From Armatimonadota bacterium (lineage in GTDB: Bacteria > Armatimonadota > SYMT01): 64,000 nucleotides of DNA. The DNA lies in NCBI GenBank assembly GCA_046292385.1, contig JBKBRF010000015.1, forward strand, positions 32,001 to 96,000, read 5' to 3'. Both the position numbers and the translations under genes were made by a program. The notes beneath the pieces were generated by a model. The model was not told where the DNA came from. It made no database searches and saw only the letters and a program-made list of their open reading frames with translations. Shown in pieces: positions 9,350 through 19,465 of the stretch (the first letter of the stretch is position 1; every line of letters starts with the position of its first letter).

Positions 9350-11542
9350 ATGGACGCAAATTCGAATGCTCGTCAACGTCCGGCCGCAAATCAGCGTGTC
9401 CAAGTCTTGTATTTCAAGACCGTTTCACGGCTACTGCCCCACTACTTCTCGGTCGATCATGCGGATATTCACACCCACTGGGACGCGGAGGTAGGCGCTA
9501 ACGTTACGAGCGTCGATCTCGGAGCAATGTTCTGGCGGTCCATCTTGGATACTCATAAGCTGCGCGATCTTCTTCGCACCCGTGAAGTGGACGCCGAGGA
9601 GTCCGACCTGGTCCAACGCCAATTCGATGACGCTACCGTAAGCGCCCTGCCCAAAGCACTAGCGACCCTTGGTTCCGTCCGAGAGCGCGTGCCCGACCCA
9701 AGGGATCTGTGGTCGGCTTTCCACGTGGTGAGCCGAGCAACCGACATCGCATCGGGTCTTTTGGCTGACGAACTCGACGCGCACCTCGCGCGAGGACTTG
9801 TGAGCACCGGCTTCCGCCAGTATGATCTAGAATCCATCCTGGACTCCGTAGAAGCCAATCCGAACATCCCACTCGTCGTTACGATTCAGCGGCTGTGCGA
9901 AAGAGCAATCGCAGAGATCAATGGACCGGACTGGTTGATTCCAACGGTGGTTGTAATCAATCTGCGCAACGATGGTGAGATCGCTCAGGTACTATCAGTC
10001 GCATCCTTCTTCAAGCGACAGCGCATAAATGCGACGATCGTCTTGGATGCGTCAGGCTCTAATGAGCAGTTCAGCTTTAAATCATGGACGGACGCTTTCT
10101 TAGCGCAACGTGCACGAGTGGGGAAGTGGATCAACTACTTTCTCCCGCAGCAGGACTATAAAGCCTCGCTCAAACGTGTTATCTCGTCGTTGGCTGCTGC
10201 TAAGCGTCCCTCCCAAGAGAGTGTTTCGGGACTTGTTGAGCTCGCCCCTGCGCCTTTCCCCCCCGAGTCCGATGCGGTGCCGGCCAAGTCAGTTGACGCA
10301 GCGTTCTCGGATTACATTAGTAACTTACCAACTTTCAAAGTCGCAGGACTGAAGACGGTCGTTGCTCGTCTTCTACCCACCCGTTGTCATTGGTCCGCCT
10401 GCACCTTCTGCACGATCAACTCACAGCACCCTTTGCCTCGCGGCAAAGTGTATATGGACCTAAATGACTTGGGACATATGAATGCGCTGCTAGACGTGTT
10501 GGAACGTGATCAAGTGGAGTCAGTTATTCTAACAGATGAAGCTTTGCATCCGACGGTATTGAACACCTTTGCCTCGGCCGTGTTGCGCCGCGATCTTAGG
10601 TTTGTCTACCGTGCTCGAGCTCGATTCACCGACGAGTTTACACAAGAGCTCTGTGATCAGTTATACGCATCTGGTTGCCGGTACCTTGGTCTCGGTCTAG
10701 AGGCAGCTTCACCGCGGGTCAATTTAATAGTGAACAAGCATCGAGGTGCGTCACCCAATTACCTGCATATTCTGGCGAACCTTGAGAACGCCGGGGTCCG
10801 CCCCCACGTCTATGCCATACTAGGGTTCCCTACAGAAACCCTAGAGGAGATTAGCGCGACCTCAACGTTGCTCGCCTCAGCAATCCGAAACTCAAAGTAC
10901 GTTACCACGAGCCCGAATCTGTTTTATTTAATGCGTGGCTCCAAGATGGCTGCAGAGCCTGACAAGTATGGAATCAAGTTGCTCCCTACCGATACCATGG
11001 CACTCGTCCACAACTTTACGGAAGAGCAATGGTCGCACAATCGCAGCTATGCAAGCGAATGCGTTTCAGCGTTACATCGCTTGCAGTTTTCCCCTGATGT
11101 GGAGAATTCAACCGAGGCGGAGAGCTATTGGCACTTCATCGATCAGACCGGCATATTCTATCTTGAGAAGGTGAACTACTCTAACAATCCCTATCGGCAA
11201 TTGGCTGCCGATGCTGCACGAATCAGCGGGGATGAAATTCGGACAGGCTTGCTGCTCGAAGGCGAGCTCTTTGAACTTGAAGGCGCCAGTCAGGACGGAT
11301 CTCTCCTTCTCTGTGATTGGGTAACCAACAACTACGCGCGTATCGACGAACGCTTCCGGAGCGTTATCTCTGCCATCCTTTCGGGCTACGATAGCCGCGA
11401 GGCTGTTCAACTGGTCGAGCCGCAATTGCGAGAGGATGCCGTGCATCTCGTCACCGCTTTGTGCCAGAGTAGAATGTTGTCGCCGAGGCGCGAGGTGAAT
11501 CACCTGGAGGAACGACATGGCTATTACGCTGGAACGCATTGA
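9350..11542 (+). CDS. B12-binding-type radical SAM protein with possible C-terminal RRE/PqqD-like domain
   Basis: CHWSACTFC (CX3CX2C), LTDEAL, SGCRYLGLGLEAAS and YAILGFPTET. Confidence 0.85.
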   Translation: MDANSNARQRPAANQRVQVLYFKTVSRLLPHYFSVDHADIHTHWDAEVGANVTSVDLGAMFWRSILDTHKLRDLLRTREVDAEESDLVQRQFDDATVSALPKALATLGSVRERVPDPRDLWSAFHVVSRATDIASGLLADELDAHLARGLVSTGFRQYDLESILDSVEANPNIPLVVTIQRLCERAIAEINGPDWLIPTVVVINLRNDGEIAQVLSVASFFKRQRINATIVLDASGSNEQFSFKSWTDAFLAQRARVGKWINYFLPQQDYKASLKRVISSLAAAKRPSQESVSGLVELAPAPFPPESDAVPAKSVDAAFSDYISNLPTFKVAGLKTVVARLLPTRCHWSACTFCTINSQHPLPRGKVYMDLNDLGHMNALLDVLERDQVESVILTDEALHPTVLNTFASAVLRRDLRFVYRARARFTDEFTQELCDQLYASGCRYLGLGLEAASPRVNLIVNKHRGASPNYLHILANLENAGVRPHVYAILGFPTETLEEISATSTLLASAIRNSKYVTTSPNLFYLMRGSKMAAEPDKYGIKLLPTDTMALVHNFTEEQWSHNRSYASECVSALHRLQFSPDVENSTEAESYWHFIDQTGIFYLEKVNYSNNPYRQLAADAARISGDEIRTGLLLEGELFELEGASQDGSLLLCDWVTNNYARIDERFRSVISAILSGYDSREAVQLVEPQLREDAVHLVTALCQSRMLSPRREVNHLEERHGYYAGTH

Positions 11543-12299
11543 CTCAGATGGGCTGGAAAGGGCTCGTGCTCTGCCCTTCTACGATTTTGTAGAAACAGCT
11601 GCAAAAACCGGAGAAGCCTACTCCATCAATGACAACGGCTACTGCATAGTGGCGCACTCCGACTCACTTGTACCGAATCTCGTTGTTGAGATTAAGCTGC
11701 CTCGGCTTCGGTTTCCGGATGATTACGTTGAACTCAGCTACAAGCTGAATGACATCAGTAGTGGCTTCATGTGGTTTGATACATCGATGAACGACGCCTT
11801 CGATTTCGCATGGCGAATGCGATTGCCTCTCCGGGCGCAGTCACCGTTGTACATCAGCGATGGTCATTCGTTGCCAGATTCCATCGATGGCTTGGATGTT
11901 GTCCAGGCCGATGACGACCATCTGGACACCGCAGTTGCACTTCTCGGTAACATTCCAGATTATCACGGCGGCCTTCGAGCAGAATTCGTCGAACGCAAGA
12001 TTGCGTCACGGAATGTACTCTCACTCGTCCGGGGCGATCAGGTGCACGGGGTTGTGGCCCTCACCGAGCAACCTAACAACTTCGTGACCGCTAGCGCACT
12101 GGCGGTGCTCCCAGAGGAGCGCGGGGCAGGCCTCGGACAGCGATTTGCTCAGTTGCTGCTGCGAAGGATCCATGGCGAAGGAAAGCGGCTCGTAGCTGGT
12201 ATGGCTAATGACGTTCCTGCTTCCGCCCGTATTGCTCGAAGTTTGGGGATGACTGTGCAGAGGCACGCTTTCACTGCCCAGATCTGTTCTGGCTTTTAG
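11517..12299 (+). CDS. GNAT-family N-acetyltransferase
   Basis: Acetyl-CoA motif LAVLPEERGAGLG and PASARIARSLGM; overlaps the rSAM stop. Confidence 0.85.
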   Translation: MAITLERIDSDGLERARALPFYDFVETAAKTGEAYSINDNGYCIVAHSDSLVPNLVVEIKLPRLRFPDDYVELSYKLNDISSGFMWFDTSMNDAFDFAWRMRLPLRAQSPLYISDGHSLPDSIDGLDVVQADDDHLDTAVALLGNIPDYHGGLRAEFVERKIASRNVLSLVRGDQVHGVVALTEQPNNFVTASALAVLPEERGAGLGQRFAQLLLRRIHGEGKRLVAGMANDVPASARIARSLGMTVQRHAFTAQICSGF

Positions 12300-12314
12300 C
12301 CGGACGTTGAAGTA

Positions 12315-12361
12315 AGCAAAACGCGCTGCCGGAGGAAGACCCTGCGGCAGCGCGTTTTGCT
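12315..12361. terminator. 17-bp perfect-stem hairpin, possibly a bidirectional terminator
   Basis: AGCAAAACGCGCTGCCG...CGGCAGCGCGTTTTGCT, with A and T tracts at the stem base. Confidence 0.7.
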
Positions 12362-12413
12362 GTAGTTACACCTGACCCCCAGGTGCGGCGCGCTTTGGTG
12401 GAACTAAGTAGCG

Positions 12414-14252
12414 GTGGATAAGACTGTGTTTCGACTTGTTTCCATGCCGTTCGTCTCAGCCCGGCGTCCATCCATTCAACTTGGGCTACTGAAGTCGATA
12501 CTCGCCCAGCAAGGAATAGAATGTACCACTCACCACTTGAATCTCTATTTTGCGGAGGACATCGGTCTGCCTCTCTACGAGGCCATATGCGAACACCGCG
12601 GCACACAGATTGGTGACTGGGTCTTCGCACGTTCTGCATTCGGAGGAGACGCTCCACCTATCACCTCAATGACCCGGGATGTATTCAGCCCAACGATTGA
12701 ATCTATAAATCGTGAGGTGGAGTTAGCTTTCGAGGAATTGGTCGAACTACGAGATCACGTGGCTCCGCGGTTCCTTCGCGAAATGGCCAGCCTACTGGAC
12801 TGGTCAGACAGTCTTGCCGTCGGTTTCACCAGCACTTTCCAGCAGAACGTAGCTTCTCTAGCTATGGCTCGTCTTATCAAGGCTACCGCCCCAAACGTCA
12901 AAATTATCTTCGGTGGAGCAAATTGTGAAGTCCCTATGGGGCAGGAACTGCTTCGGAGTTTCCCTTGGGTCGATTACGTTGTCGCGGGAGAAGGGGACGA
13001 CGCACTTCCAGGGTTGTTACGCTGTTTGATGCACGGTGAGGACCCCGAGAACATTCCTAACGTCCTGAGGTCTGGGGCGTTACCTCAACTGGACTTTGCC
13101 CCGGAAGTGGTGCAATCCCTGAGTCAGTGTGTCCCGGATTACGATGAGTATTTCTCCACTTCGATTGCTACAGGAGTTCTCAGCGCCGAGGCGTCCGTAG
13201 ATGTCACTTTGCCGATCGAAACTGCTAGAGGCTGCTGGTGGGGTGAGAGGCAGCATTGCACGTTCTGTGGTTTAAATGGGTCACACATGCGCTATCGGAG
13301 TAAGCCGCCGGAGGCCGTGCTTTCGGAGGTTTCGGCGCTTTCAACTCGCTACAAGAGCTTCTTTTTTGCGGCAGTCGACAACATACTAGATTTCGGTTAC
13401 TTCGATACCTTGGTGCCGATGCTGGCCCAGGCGGGTCTTGGATACTCGTTCTTTTACGAGACAAAGTCGAACCTTTCAAAGCAGCGTATTCGGCTATTAT
13501 GGCAATCAGGGATAAGGATGGTGCAGCCTGGCATTGAATCCCTCTCGACTGACATTCTGGCGCTGATTAAAAAGGGGGTGAGTGGCCCTCAAAATATTTG
13601 CGCACTGAAATGGCTCACCTATTATGGTATTCGAGCTTATTGGAACCTTCTCTGGGGTTTCCCAGGCGAGGAAAAGGCGTGGTACGATGCCCAGGCGGCG
13701 CTAATCCCCCGACTGACACACTTACAGCCACCGCAGGGCATGGGGCGGATCCGCTTGGAGCGATTCAGCCCACTCTTCCGTGAGAGAGGACTGTTTAAGC
13801 TAATCAAACACGAGCGTAGTTATGCTGAAGCGTATCCGATTGGCGTTAACTTGGACCAGATAGCCTACTTTTTCGACTATGAGTTGAGAGATGCAGTTCC
13901 ATCGGAGGCATATGAGAATACAAGACTCGCTGGAGAAACCTGGTCGGCCATGTGGGCGGAAGCGCCCACACCGCCATATTTGAAATATCGGGCCTCCCCG
14001 CACTATATCAGGTTTTACGACGGCCGGGATCCTGATAATCTTAGGACAATCGGGTATTCTGGCTCCGCATCATCAGTTTACCGCATCGTTGACGAGAAGC
14101 CGATATCAGTACGGGAGCTTATGAATCGGATCGAGGGCACAAGTTCGTCCGAAGTTCTAGGGTGGTTAGATCTTTTCGAAGAACAGGGGCTGGTCGTGCG
14201 TGAGAATGGAAGGGTCTTTGGGCTCGCCACCCCAGACCTCGAGGGGCGTTAG
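12414..14252 (+). CDS. RiPP maturation radical SAM C-methyltransferase (B12-dependent, TIGR03975/PoyC-like)
   Basis: LVSMPF..RPSIQLGLLK, VGFTSTFQQN, GGANC, ETARGCWWGERQHCTFCGLNG (CX7CX2C), QPGIESLS, WNLLWGFPGE and RFSP. Confidence 0.92.
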   Translation: MDKTVFRLVSMPFVSARRPSIQLGLLKSILAQQGIECTTHHLNLYFAEDIGLPLYEAICEHRGTQIGDWVFARSAFGGDAPPITSMTRDVFSPTIESINREVELAFEELVELRDHVAPRFLREMASLLDWSDSLAVGFTSTFQQNVASLAMARLIKATAPNVKIIFGGANCEVPMGQELLRSFPWVDYVVAGEGDDALPGLLRCLMHGEDPENIPNVLRSGALPQLDFAPEVVQSLSQCVPDYDEYFSTSIATGVLSAEASVDVTLPIETARGCWWGERQHCTFCGLNGSHMRYRSKPPEAVLSEVSALSTRYKSFFFAAVDNILDFGYFDTLVPMLAQAGLGYSFFYETKSNLSKQRIRLLWQSGIRMVQPGIESLSTDILALIKKGVSGPQNICALKWLTYYGIRAYWNLLWGFPGEEKAWYDAQAALIPRLTHLQPPQGMGRIRLERFSPLFRERGLFKLIKHERSYAEAYPIGVNLDQIAYFFDYELRDAVPSEAYENTRLAGETWSAMWAEAPTPPYLKYRASPHYIRFYDGRDPDNLRTIGYSGSASSVYRIVDEKPISVRELMNRIEGTSSSEVLGWLDLFEEQGLVVRENGRVFGLATPDLEGR

Positions 14253-14469
14253 CCGCTCGGGACGTCTCCCGCTCACTTCGGGGCCGCCGCGGCAGCGTTC
14301 ACCACTTTGATGCACCACCGGCGAATTGAGTAAAGCATAGCTCGCCGGGTGTTGAGCACTCGGGATAGGCGCCGGCGTGCGGGGCGTCCCCGCGCGTCGC
14401 TTGGCCGTGCCGAAAAGCCGTGGGTGAGCGTCGGGCTCGGCAGCAGAATCACCAGTTGCGCGTCTCCAC

Positions 14470-15649
14470 TGCCGCATGCCGTGTACGAGCGAGTGCTTCC
14501 TCGACGGCTTGCTTCAGGCGCCCAAGACCGGCGTAACTCCGGACCGGCATCTCGCGGTGCTTCGCGTCCTGCCAGATGGGTTCGATCCGGGAGAGCTCCG
14601 GGCAGTAGGAGGGCAGATTAGAACAGGTGCACGTCCGCCGCAGCCAGGCGGACCGCCTCTGCCTGGACCCGCGTGCTCCGATGCACCGAGTAATTGTCGA
14701 TCACGATCGTCAGGGGACGCTCGCGCCGCCAGTGGGGTGGCGCGTCTGCTGGCCGCCCCGCGAGCAACCAGAGAAAAGCCGGGAACACCGCGGCGCCGAT
14801 GACGCCCACTTCCTCCGGGACCAGCCCGTGATCAGCGGGCTCGTTCCGCTTCGCTCTTGCGTGCCTGCTTGGCCCGGCTACTCGGCAGGCTGGCAAACGT
14901 CAAGAAGGAGAAGGTGTCGGCGAGCGGGCCGTGGGAGAAGTAGCCGCCGATAGCATTAACTCTCCGTCCCTGGGGTGCCTCATACGGGACGGTGACCCGC
15001 TGTCGCACGAGCCCCCATCTGTAGCTCGTCGGCGCGGTGGGAGCGAAGCCGGCTTGATCTACGTGGCAGAGGTCCAACCGACCGGCGGCTCCCCCTTTTC
15101 CAGCTCTGCCAGCTCCGCCCGCTTCTCTGCCACCTTTGTGGGGTCCTGCTTGTGCTTCAGACGGCGCTGGGTGCGTTTGTACAAAAGCTTCTCCCGCTTG
15201 AGCAGGCGGCCCAGCCAGTCCGCCGAGAGCCGGAGGCCGTGGTGTTCTTCCAGCCAGTCCGCCAGTTGCGCCGCGGTCCACGTCCGGTCTCCTTTTGCCA
15301 ACTCGGCGCGGAGCGCTTGCCGCAGGGCGGGAGTGAAAGCCGACGGCTGCCCCACGTGTGGTTGGTCGGGGAGCCCGGCGAAGCCCTCCTGGAGAAAACG
15401 GCGGAGCCAGAAGCGCACCCGCTGGGGAGACTGCTGCAGATGTTGGGCGATGCGGGTGGCACTCCACCCCGCGTGGGAAAGCCGCACCATCTCCGGGCGA
15501 TCCCGGGTGCGCGGCTTGGTGCCGGGGTCGCGGGTAAGCTGCCGTAGCTTGGTGAGTTGCTCCCCAGTCAGACGGACGCGATACAACCTCTGTCCCTCCC
15601 ACGGAGGATTACGTGTCCGAGCGTGGCACTTACTCCCCCGGACCGCTTA
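14470..15649 (-). mobile_element. IS630-family element, degenerate
   Basis: HTH ORF 15059-15586, slippery GAAAAGGGGG near 15095, and a broken DDE part (VDQAGF, IDNYSVH, PELSRIEPIW) with extra frameshifts and stops. One end is at TA 15648-15649; the other is unresolved. Confidence 0.82.
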
Positions 15650-16012
15650 GAGCAAAGCGCACGCCGGACTCCGGGCTCCAGAAGGTGTCGAACTGGGAGA
15701 GATCCCGCGTCAGCGCCAGGTAGAGCCCGTCAAGAGAGAGGAACGACACGAGGAACAGCCATCGAGGAAGGTTGGCGGAAAACATGCCGATGCCTCTTCG
15801 GATGAACAGCATGAGCTGCATACATGAGCCGGGGGAGTTGAAGTGCAGTCGGACGCGATACGGATGTCCGACGGACGTCATTGGAGGTGTCGGTTAACCG
15901 AAGGCAATGTGCGGTATGCGTACCTGCTGGGATCACAGATGCGAGGGCAACGAACGAGCGGCGAGATCGGAAGCTTCTCGAGGTCCTAACGATTCTATCT
16001 TGTCCCCGCTCC

Positions 16013-17578
16013 TTACCAAGTCCTCCCGAGCGCGGACTCTACCGGTCTTGGCGCGATGCTCGGGGCAGGCGGTGGGGAGGCCCGGCGTATGGCTTCGAGT
16101 GACGCCCTGCTCACCTCAAGGTCGGGAAGATGGCGCGACTGTGCCGCGATGGTGAATGGCTCTACCGGTTCGAAGTCGACCTTACCGCCGCCGTAGCGGT
16201 AGTTCGAACCCACCATCCGCAATAACTCCCGCGCTTCGCTCGGCTCTGCCTGCGCCAGCAACTCCGGGAGCGTGTTACAGGTGGAGATGAACCACTCCAC
16301 CGCCTCTCGCGGGTCACCGGGATCGAGTTCGGACCGCTGCACCTGCTCGGCGACCTTCGCTTCGTCGAGCATGAGTGCCTCCTTCTTGGCGAGGTACTGC
16401 TCGTCCGTGAGGTGACCGCCCAGGCGCAGGTCGAGGAGCACCATAAGACGGCTACGGACCTCCTGCTGCCGCCGCTTCAGGGCAGCGAGCCCGTCGTCGC
16501 CACGCCGCCGCTCCGCATGCAGCACTTCGGCCGCCTCCCGAAGACTGACAGCCAGTTCCGGCCGGAGCTGAAGACGGCCATCCAGCGCCGCCGCGATCAG
16601 CGCCAGGAACCGCGCTTCAGGGACATAGGGCTCCTGGCAGTCGCCGCGCCGGCGGCTGCAGCGGTAGTAGATGTACTTTCTCTTCTTGAGATCCCCGACG
16701 ACGGCGCAGCCACACTCGCGGCAGACAAAGAGACCGCCGAATCTGAAGTCATGCGTCTGGCGGCGGGGCCGCGACCGGCCGGCCAGCACCTCCTGGACCT
16801 TCTCGAAGAGGGCGACGGAGATGAGCGGCTCGTGGCTGGCGGGGTGCAGCTCTCCTTTGAACCGGAGGAAGCCGCAGTAGAACGGGTTGGTGAGGATCCG
16901 GTCCCGCAGGATGCTCTTGGTGAGCAGCTTGCCGGTCAGGCGCCCGACCAGGCCCGCTTCGGCCATCTTCCGGGTCAAGGTGGCGAGCGAGTACTCGCCG
17001 GTCGCGAAGAGCTCGAACGCCTGGATGATCAGCGGGCCGAGCACCGGATCGATGATGATCCGCCGGGGTGCCGTCGGGTCCTTGACGTTCAGATACCCGA
17101 GCGGAGCCCAGCCCGGCCATTCGCCGCGGGCGAGCTTCTCCCGCAGCCCCTTCCGGACCTCCTCGGAGAGATTGTCGACGTAATACTTGGCGAAGACGAC
17201 GTTGATCCCGAAGATCATCTTCCCCTGGGCGTTGTTCTCGTAGGAGCCGGTGACGAAGAGCAGCTCCAGGCCGGCGTCGATCAACTCGTTCAGCCGCGCC
17301 CAGTCGGCGATGTTGCGCAGCAGCCGGTCGGGCTTGTGGGAGAGGATCCGCACCGCGGTGCCTTGCCGGAGCAGCTTCTCAGCCTGCTTGAGCATCGCCT
17401 CGAAGAGCGGCCGCCCCGGACGGCGCGCCGAGTGAGACTCCCGGATCAACTCGGTGATCGGGGTAGCGTGCCGGTCTGCGAAGGCGCGGCACTCCTTCTC
17501 CTGGGCGTCGAGGCTCAAGACCTGGCGGTCATCGTCCTCGCTGGAGCGGCGAGTGTAGAGGAAGGTGGCACATGGCAT
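16013..17578 (-). CDS. Large serine recombinase (resolvase, recombinase and Zn-ribbon domains)
   Basis: YTRRSS, SARRPGRP, KPDRLLRN, PLGY, LTNPFYCG, HEPLIS and CRECG...YYRC; AGGAGG RBS. Confidence 0.95.
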   Translation of the reverse strand: MPCATFLYTRRSSEDDDRQVLSLDAQEKECRAFADRHATPITELIRESHSARRPGRPLFEAMLKQAEKLLRQGTAVRILSHKPDRLLRNIADWARLNELIDAGLELLFVTGSYENNAQGKMIFGINVVFAKYYVDNLSEEVRKGLREKLARGEWPGWAPLGYLNVKDPTAPRRIIIDPVLGPLIIQAFELFATGEYSLATLTRKMAEAGLVGRLTGKLLTKSILRDRILTNPFYCGFLRFKGELHPASHEPLISVALFEKVQEVLAGRSRPRRQTHDFRFGGLFVCRECGCAVVGDLKKRKYIYYRCSRRRGDCQEPYVPEARFLALIAAALDGRLQLRPELAVSLREAAEVLHAERRRGDDGLAALKRRQQEVRSRLMVLLDLRLGGHLTDEQYLAKKEALMLDEAKVAEQVQRSELDPGDPREAVEWFISTCNTLPELLAQAEPSEARELLRMVGSNYRYGGGKVDFEPVEPFTIAAQSRHLPDLEVSRASLEAIRRASPPPAPSIAPRPVESALGRTW

Positions 17579-17720
17579 AGGCCTCCTTTAGTGGGTAACT
17601 TTGCGTACGTACCCTAACTCAGAGATCGCTCGTTCGCAATAGGGCTCCTAAAGGCAGGAAGTCGATGCCGCGCGCAGCACGCCGGTTGCCGGGACCGCCC
17701 TGCGCACGTACGCTCGGGCC

Positions 17721-18005
17721 ATGTCTACTTCAGCTTCCCGCCCCGCCCACACCCCACGCCAACTCCTCACCGCCGCGCGCGTGAAGGCCCTGCTGACCCT
17801 GGAGGACCCCGGCTACGGCAAAGAATTCGCTCCCGAAGAGTGGGAGCGAATTGCAGAGCGGCTCTCCGCCCTCACCCGGCTCCTGTACCGGATGCGCACG
17901 CGCCAGCTCGCCCAGCCCAAAGCAGAGGCGCGAAGTGGCTCCTCCCGTAAGGAAAACGGCGTTGATCCGCCTGCCCTGCCGGTTGCCTCTACACAAAGCC
18001 AGTGA
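17721..18005 (+). CDS. Small hypothetical protein divergent from the recombinase (possible directionality factor)
   Basis: 94-aa ATG ORF filling the gap; function inferred from position only. Confidence 0.5.
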   Translation: MSTSASRPAHTPRQLLTAARVKALLTLEDPGYGKEFAPEEWERIAERLSALTRLLYRMRTRQLAQPKAEARSGSSRKENGVDPPALPVASTQSQ

Positions 18006-18061
18006 GAGTGCGGACCTCCCGCTCGTGACGGGCCTGTGGGCCGGTACGGGCGTGCTGTCCG

Positions 18062-18448
18062 CTATGGGTCGTCCGGGCGGGACTCTGTCGGCCGGGGCTG
18101 TTTATCGTGCCGGAGCCGCCGTGCCGGCTCTTCCAGCTGCCCCTGGAGAAACCCGGCGGGGCGCTTTTTCGCCTTCGCCTGATCGATCAGCTCCAACAGA
18201 CCTTCCCGGACCTGCTCGTCGCGCACGCCGTAATCGAAGAGCAAGACGTGCATCAGGCAGCGCGCCGCGTCCGTTACATTCAAACCGAGACCCCGCTCCA
18301 GGATACGCCGGGCCTGCTTGGCGGTCGGGACCTTACGTCCCGCTTCGAGATTGGCGATGTAGCTCCGCGGAACGTGAAGCCGTTTCGCCAGCTCCGAGGC
18401 GGCCATCTTACCTCGCAGCTTCTTGAGGAGAATTCCGAAGCTCTCCAT
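18062..18448 (-). CDS. XRE-family HTH regulator
   Basis: FGILLKKLR...SELAKRLHVPRSYIANLEAGRKVP. Confidence 0.85.
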   Translation of the reverse strand: MESFGILLKKLRGKMAASELAKRLHVPRSYIANLEAGRKVPTAKQARRILERGLGLNVTDAARCLMHVLLFDYGVRDEQVREGLLELIDQAKAKKRPAGFLQGQLEEPARRLRHDKQPRPTESRPDDP

Positions 18449-18604
18449 TCGAGAGGCTCCCTTTCTCCCGCTCCTTCTTGCCCTCCCTGCCGGAGCACCG
18501 CCACGCGGTGCTTTTGTTGCGGACTCATCGTACCAAAGCCGCTTCCGTTGTCAACAGCTGCGCTCCCGGCGCGAAGTGCCACGAGTGACAGGGCAGTTGC
18601 GGGA

Positions 18605-18625
18605 AGTTTTCCGCAGTGGAAAACT
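18605..18625. promoter_or_regulatory. Candidate operator palindrome between divergent HTH genes
   Basis: AGTTTTCC-N5-GGAAAACT, a perfect 8-bp inverted repeat. Confidence 0.5.
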
Positions 18626-18669
18626 GGAAGCTATCGGGCCCGCGAGCATGGGCCTGGAAAGGAGGCGCG

Positions 18670-18900
18670 ATGAACAACCATCGCAACCACTTACAAGAGT
18701 ACCTGGGGACGATCGAGGAGTACTGGTTCCACGGGCCGCAGCGGAAGTTCGCCCGCGACGCCGGGATCCCGGAGACGACCCTCTCCCGCATTCTCCGCAA
18801 GGAGAGCACGCCGACCTTTCCGGTCATTTGCCGGATCGTCCGCGCGCTGGAGAAGAAGCTCGGCCGCAAGATTGACCCGCGGGAGATCTTCGAGCCGTAG
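18670..18900 (+). CDS. XRE/Cro-like HTH protein
   Basis: AGGAGG RBS; QRKFARDAGIPETTLSRILRKESTP. Confidence 0.8.
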   Translation: MNNHRNHLQEYLGTIEEYWFHGPQRKFARDAGIPETTLSRILRKESTPTFPVICRIVRALEKKLGRKIDPREIFEP

Positions 18901-18928
18901 CCCGGCTCCCGACCCTGAAAGGAGGTCT

Positions 18929-19465
18929 ATGTCCTATCCCCCTCATCGTTCCTGTCGCCGCCCCGGCGACCACTCTGACCCCTGGCAGCCGGCCCTCGCC
19001 GAGCTGCGTAAACTTCCCGTTCCTGCTCTCGACCGGCTCGTCCGCGCCTGGCTGCACCGGCTCGGAGCGTGCGCCGCCCGTCCATCCGGCCGCTGCCCCG
19101 GCGCCCGCACCTACCACGTCCTTTTCACGGCGACGCCGGTGCCCACTCCCATGCGCGTGCGCGTGCATCAGCGCCGAAATCGGCTCCAGCCGCAGCACGT
19201 CGAAGCGTTCGCCGGTCACCTCACCCGGATCGGCGTCGCCGCAGGGCTCCTCGTGACCACCGGCGAGATCAGCCGGGAAGCGGCGAGTGTCGCCGCCGGC
19301 TTCGTGATGCCGCGAATCCGGCTCTACAGCGGCCTCGACTGGGCCTCCGAGCTCGTCCGCTGTCGGCCGGGTCTCCGGCTGCGTAGCGTCTGGCGCTACC
19401 TGCTCGATCTCGGCGGCCGTGGCGAAACCGACCGGTGCTCCCGCCAACCAGGAGGCCGCCGATGA
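18929..19465 (+). CDS. Mrr-like restriction-endonuclease-fold protein, catalytic motif degenerate
   Basis: AGGAGG RBS; VEAFAGHL...GLLVTTGEISREA...IRLYSG resembles the Mrr catalytic-domain C-half, with no GID/QxK. Confidence 0.6.
   Translation: MSYPPHRSCRRPGDHSDPWQPALAELRKLPVPALDRLVRAWLHRLGACAARPSGRCPGARTYHVLFTATPVPTPMRVRVHQRRNRLQPQHVEAFAGHLTRIGVAAGLLVTTGEISREAASVAAGFVMPRIRLYSGLDWASELVRCRPGLRLRSVWRYLLDLGGRGETDRCSRQPGGRR

Noticed and set aside
14300..14470. Right inverted repeat of the IS630
   Set aside because: No convincing match to the end at 15649 was found.
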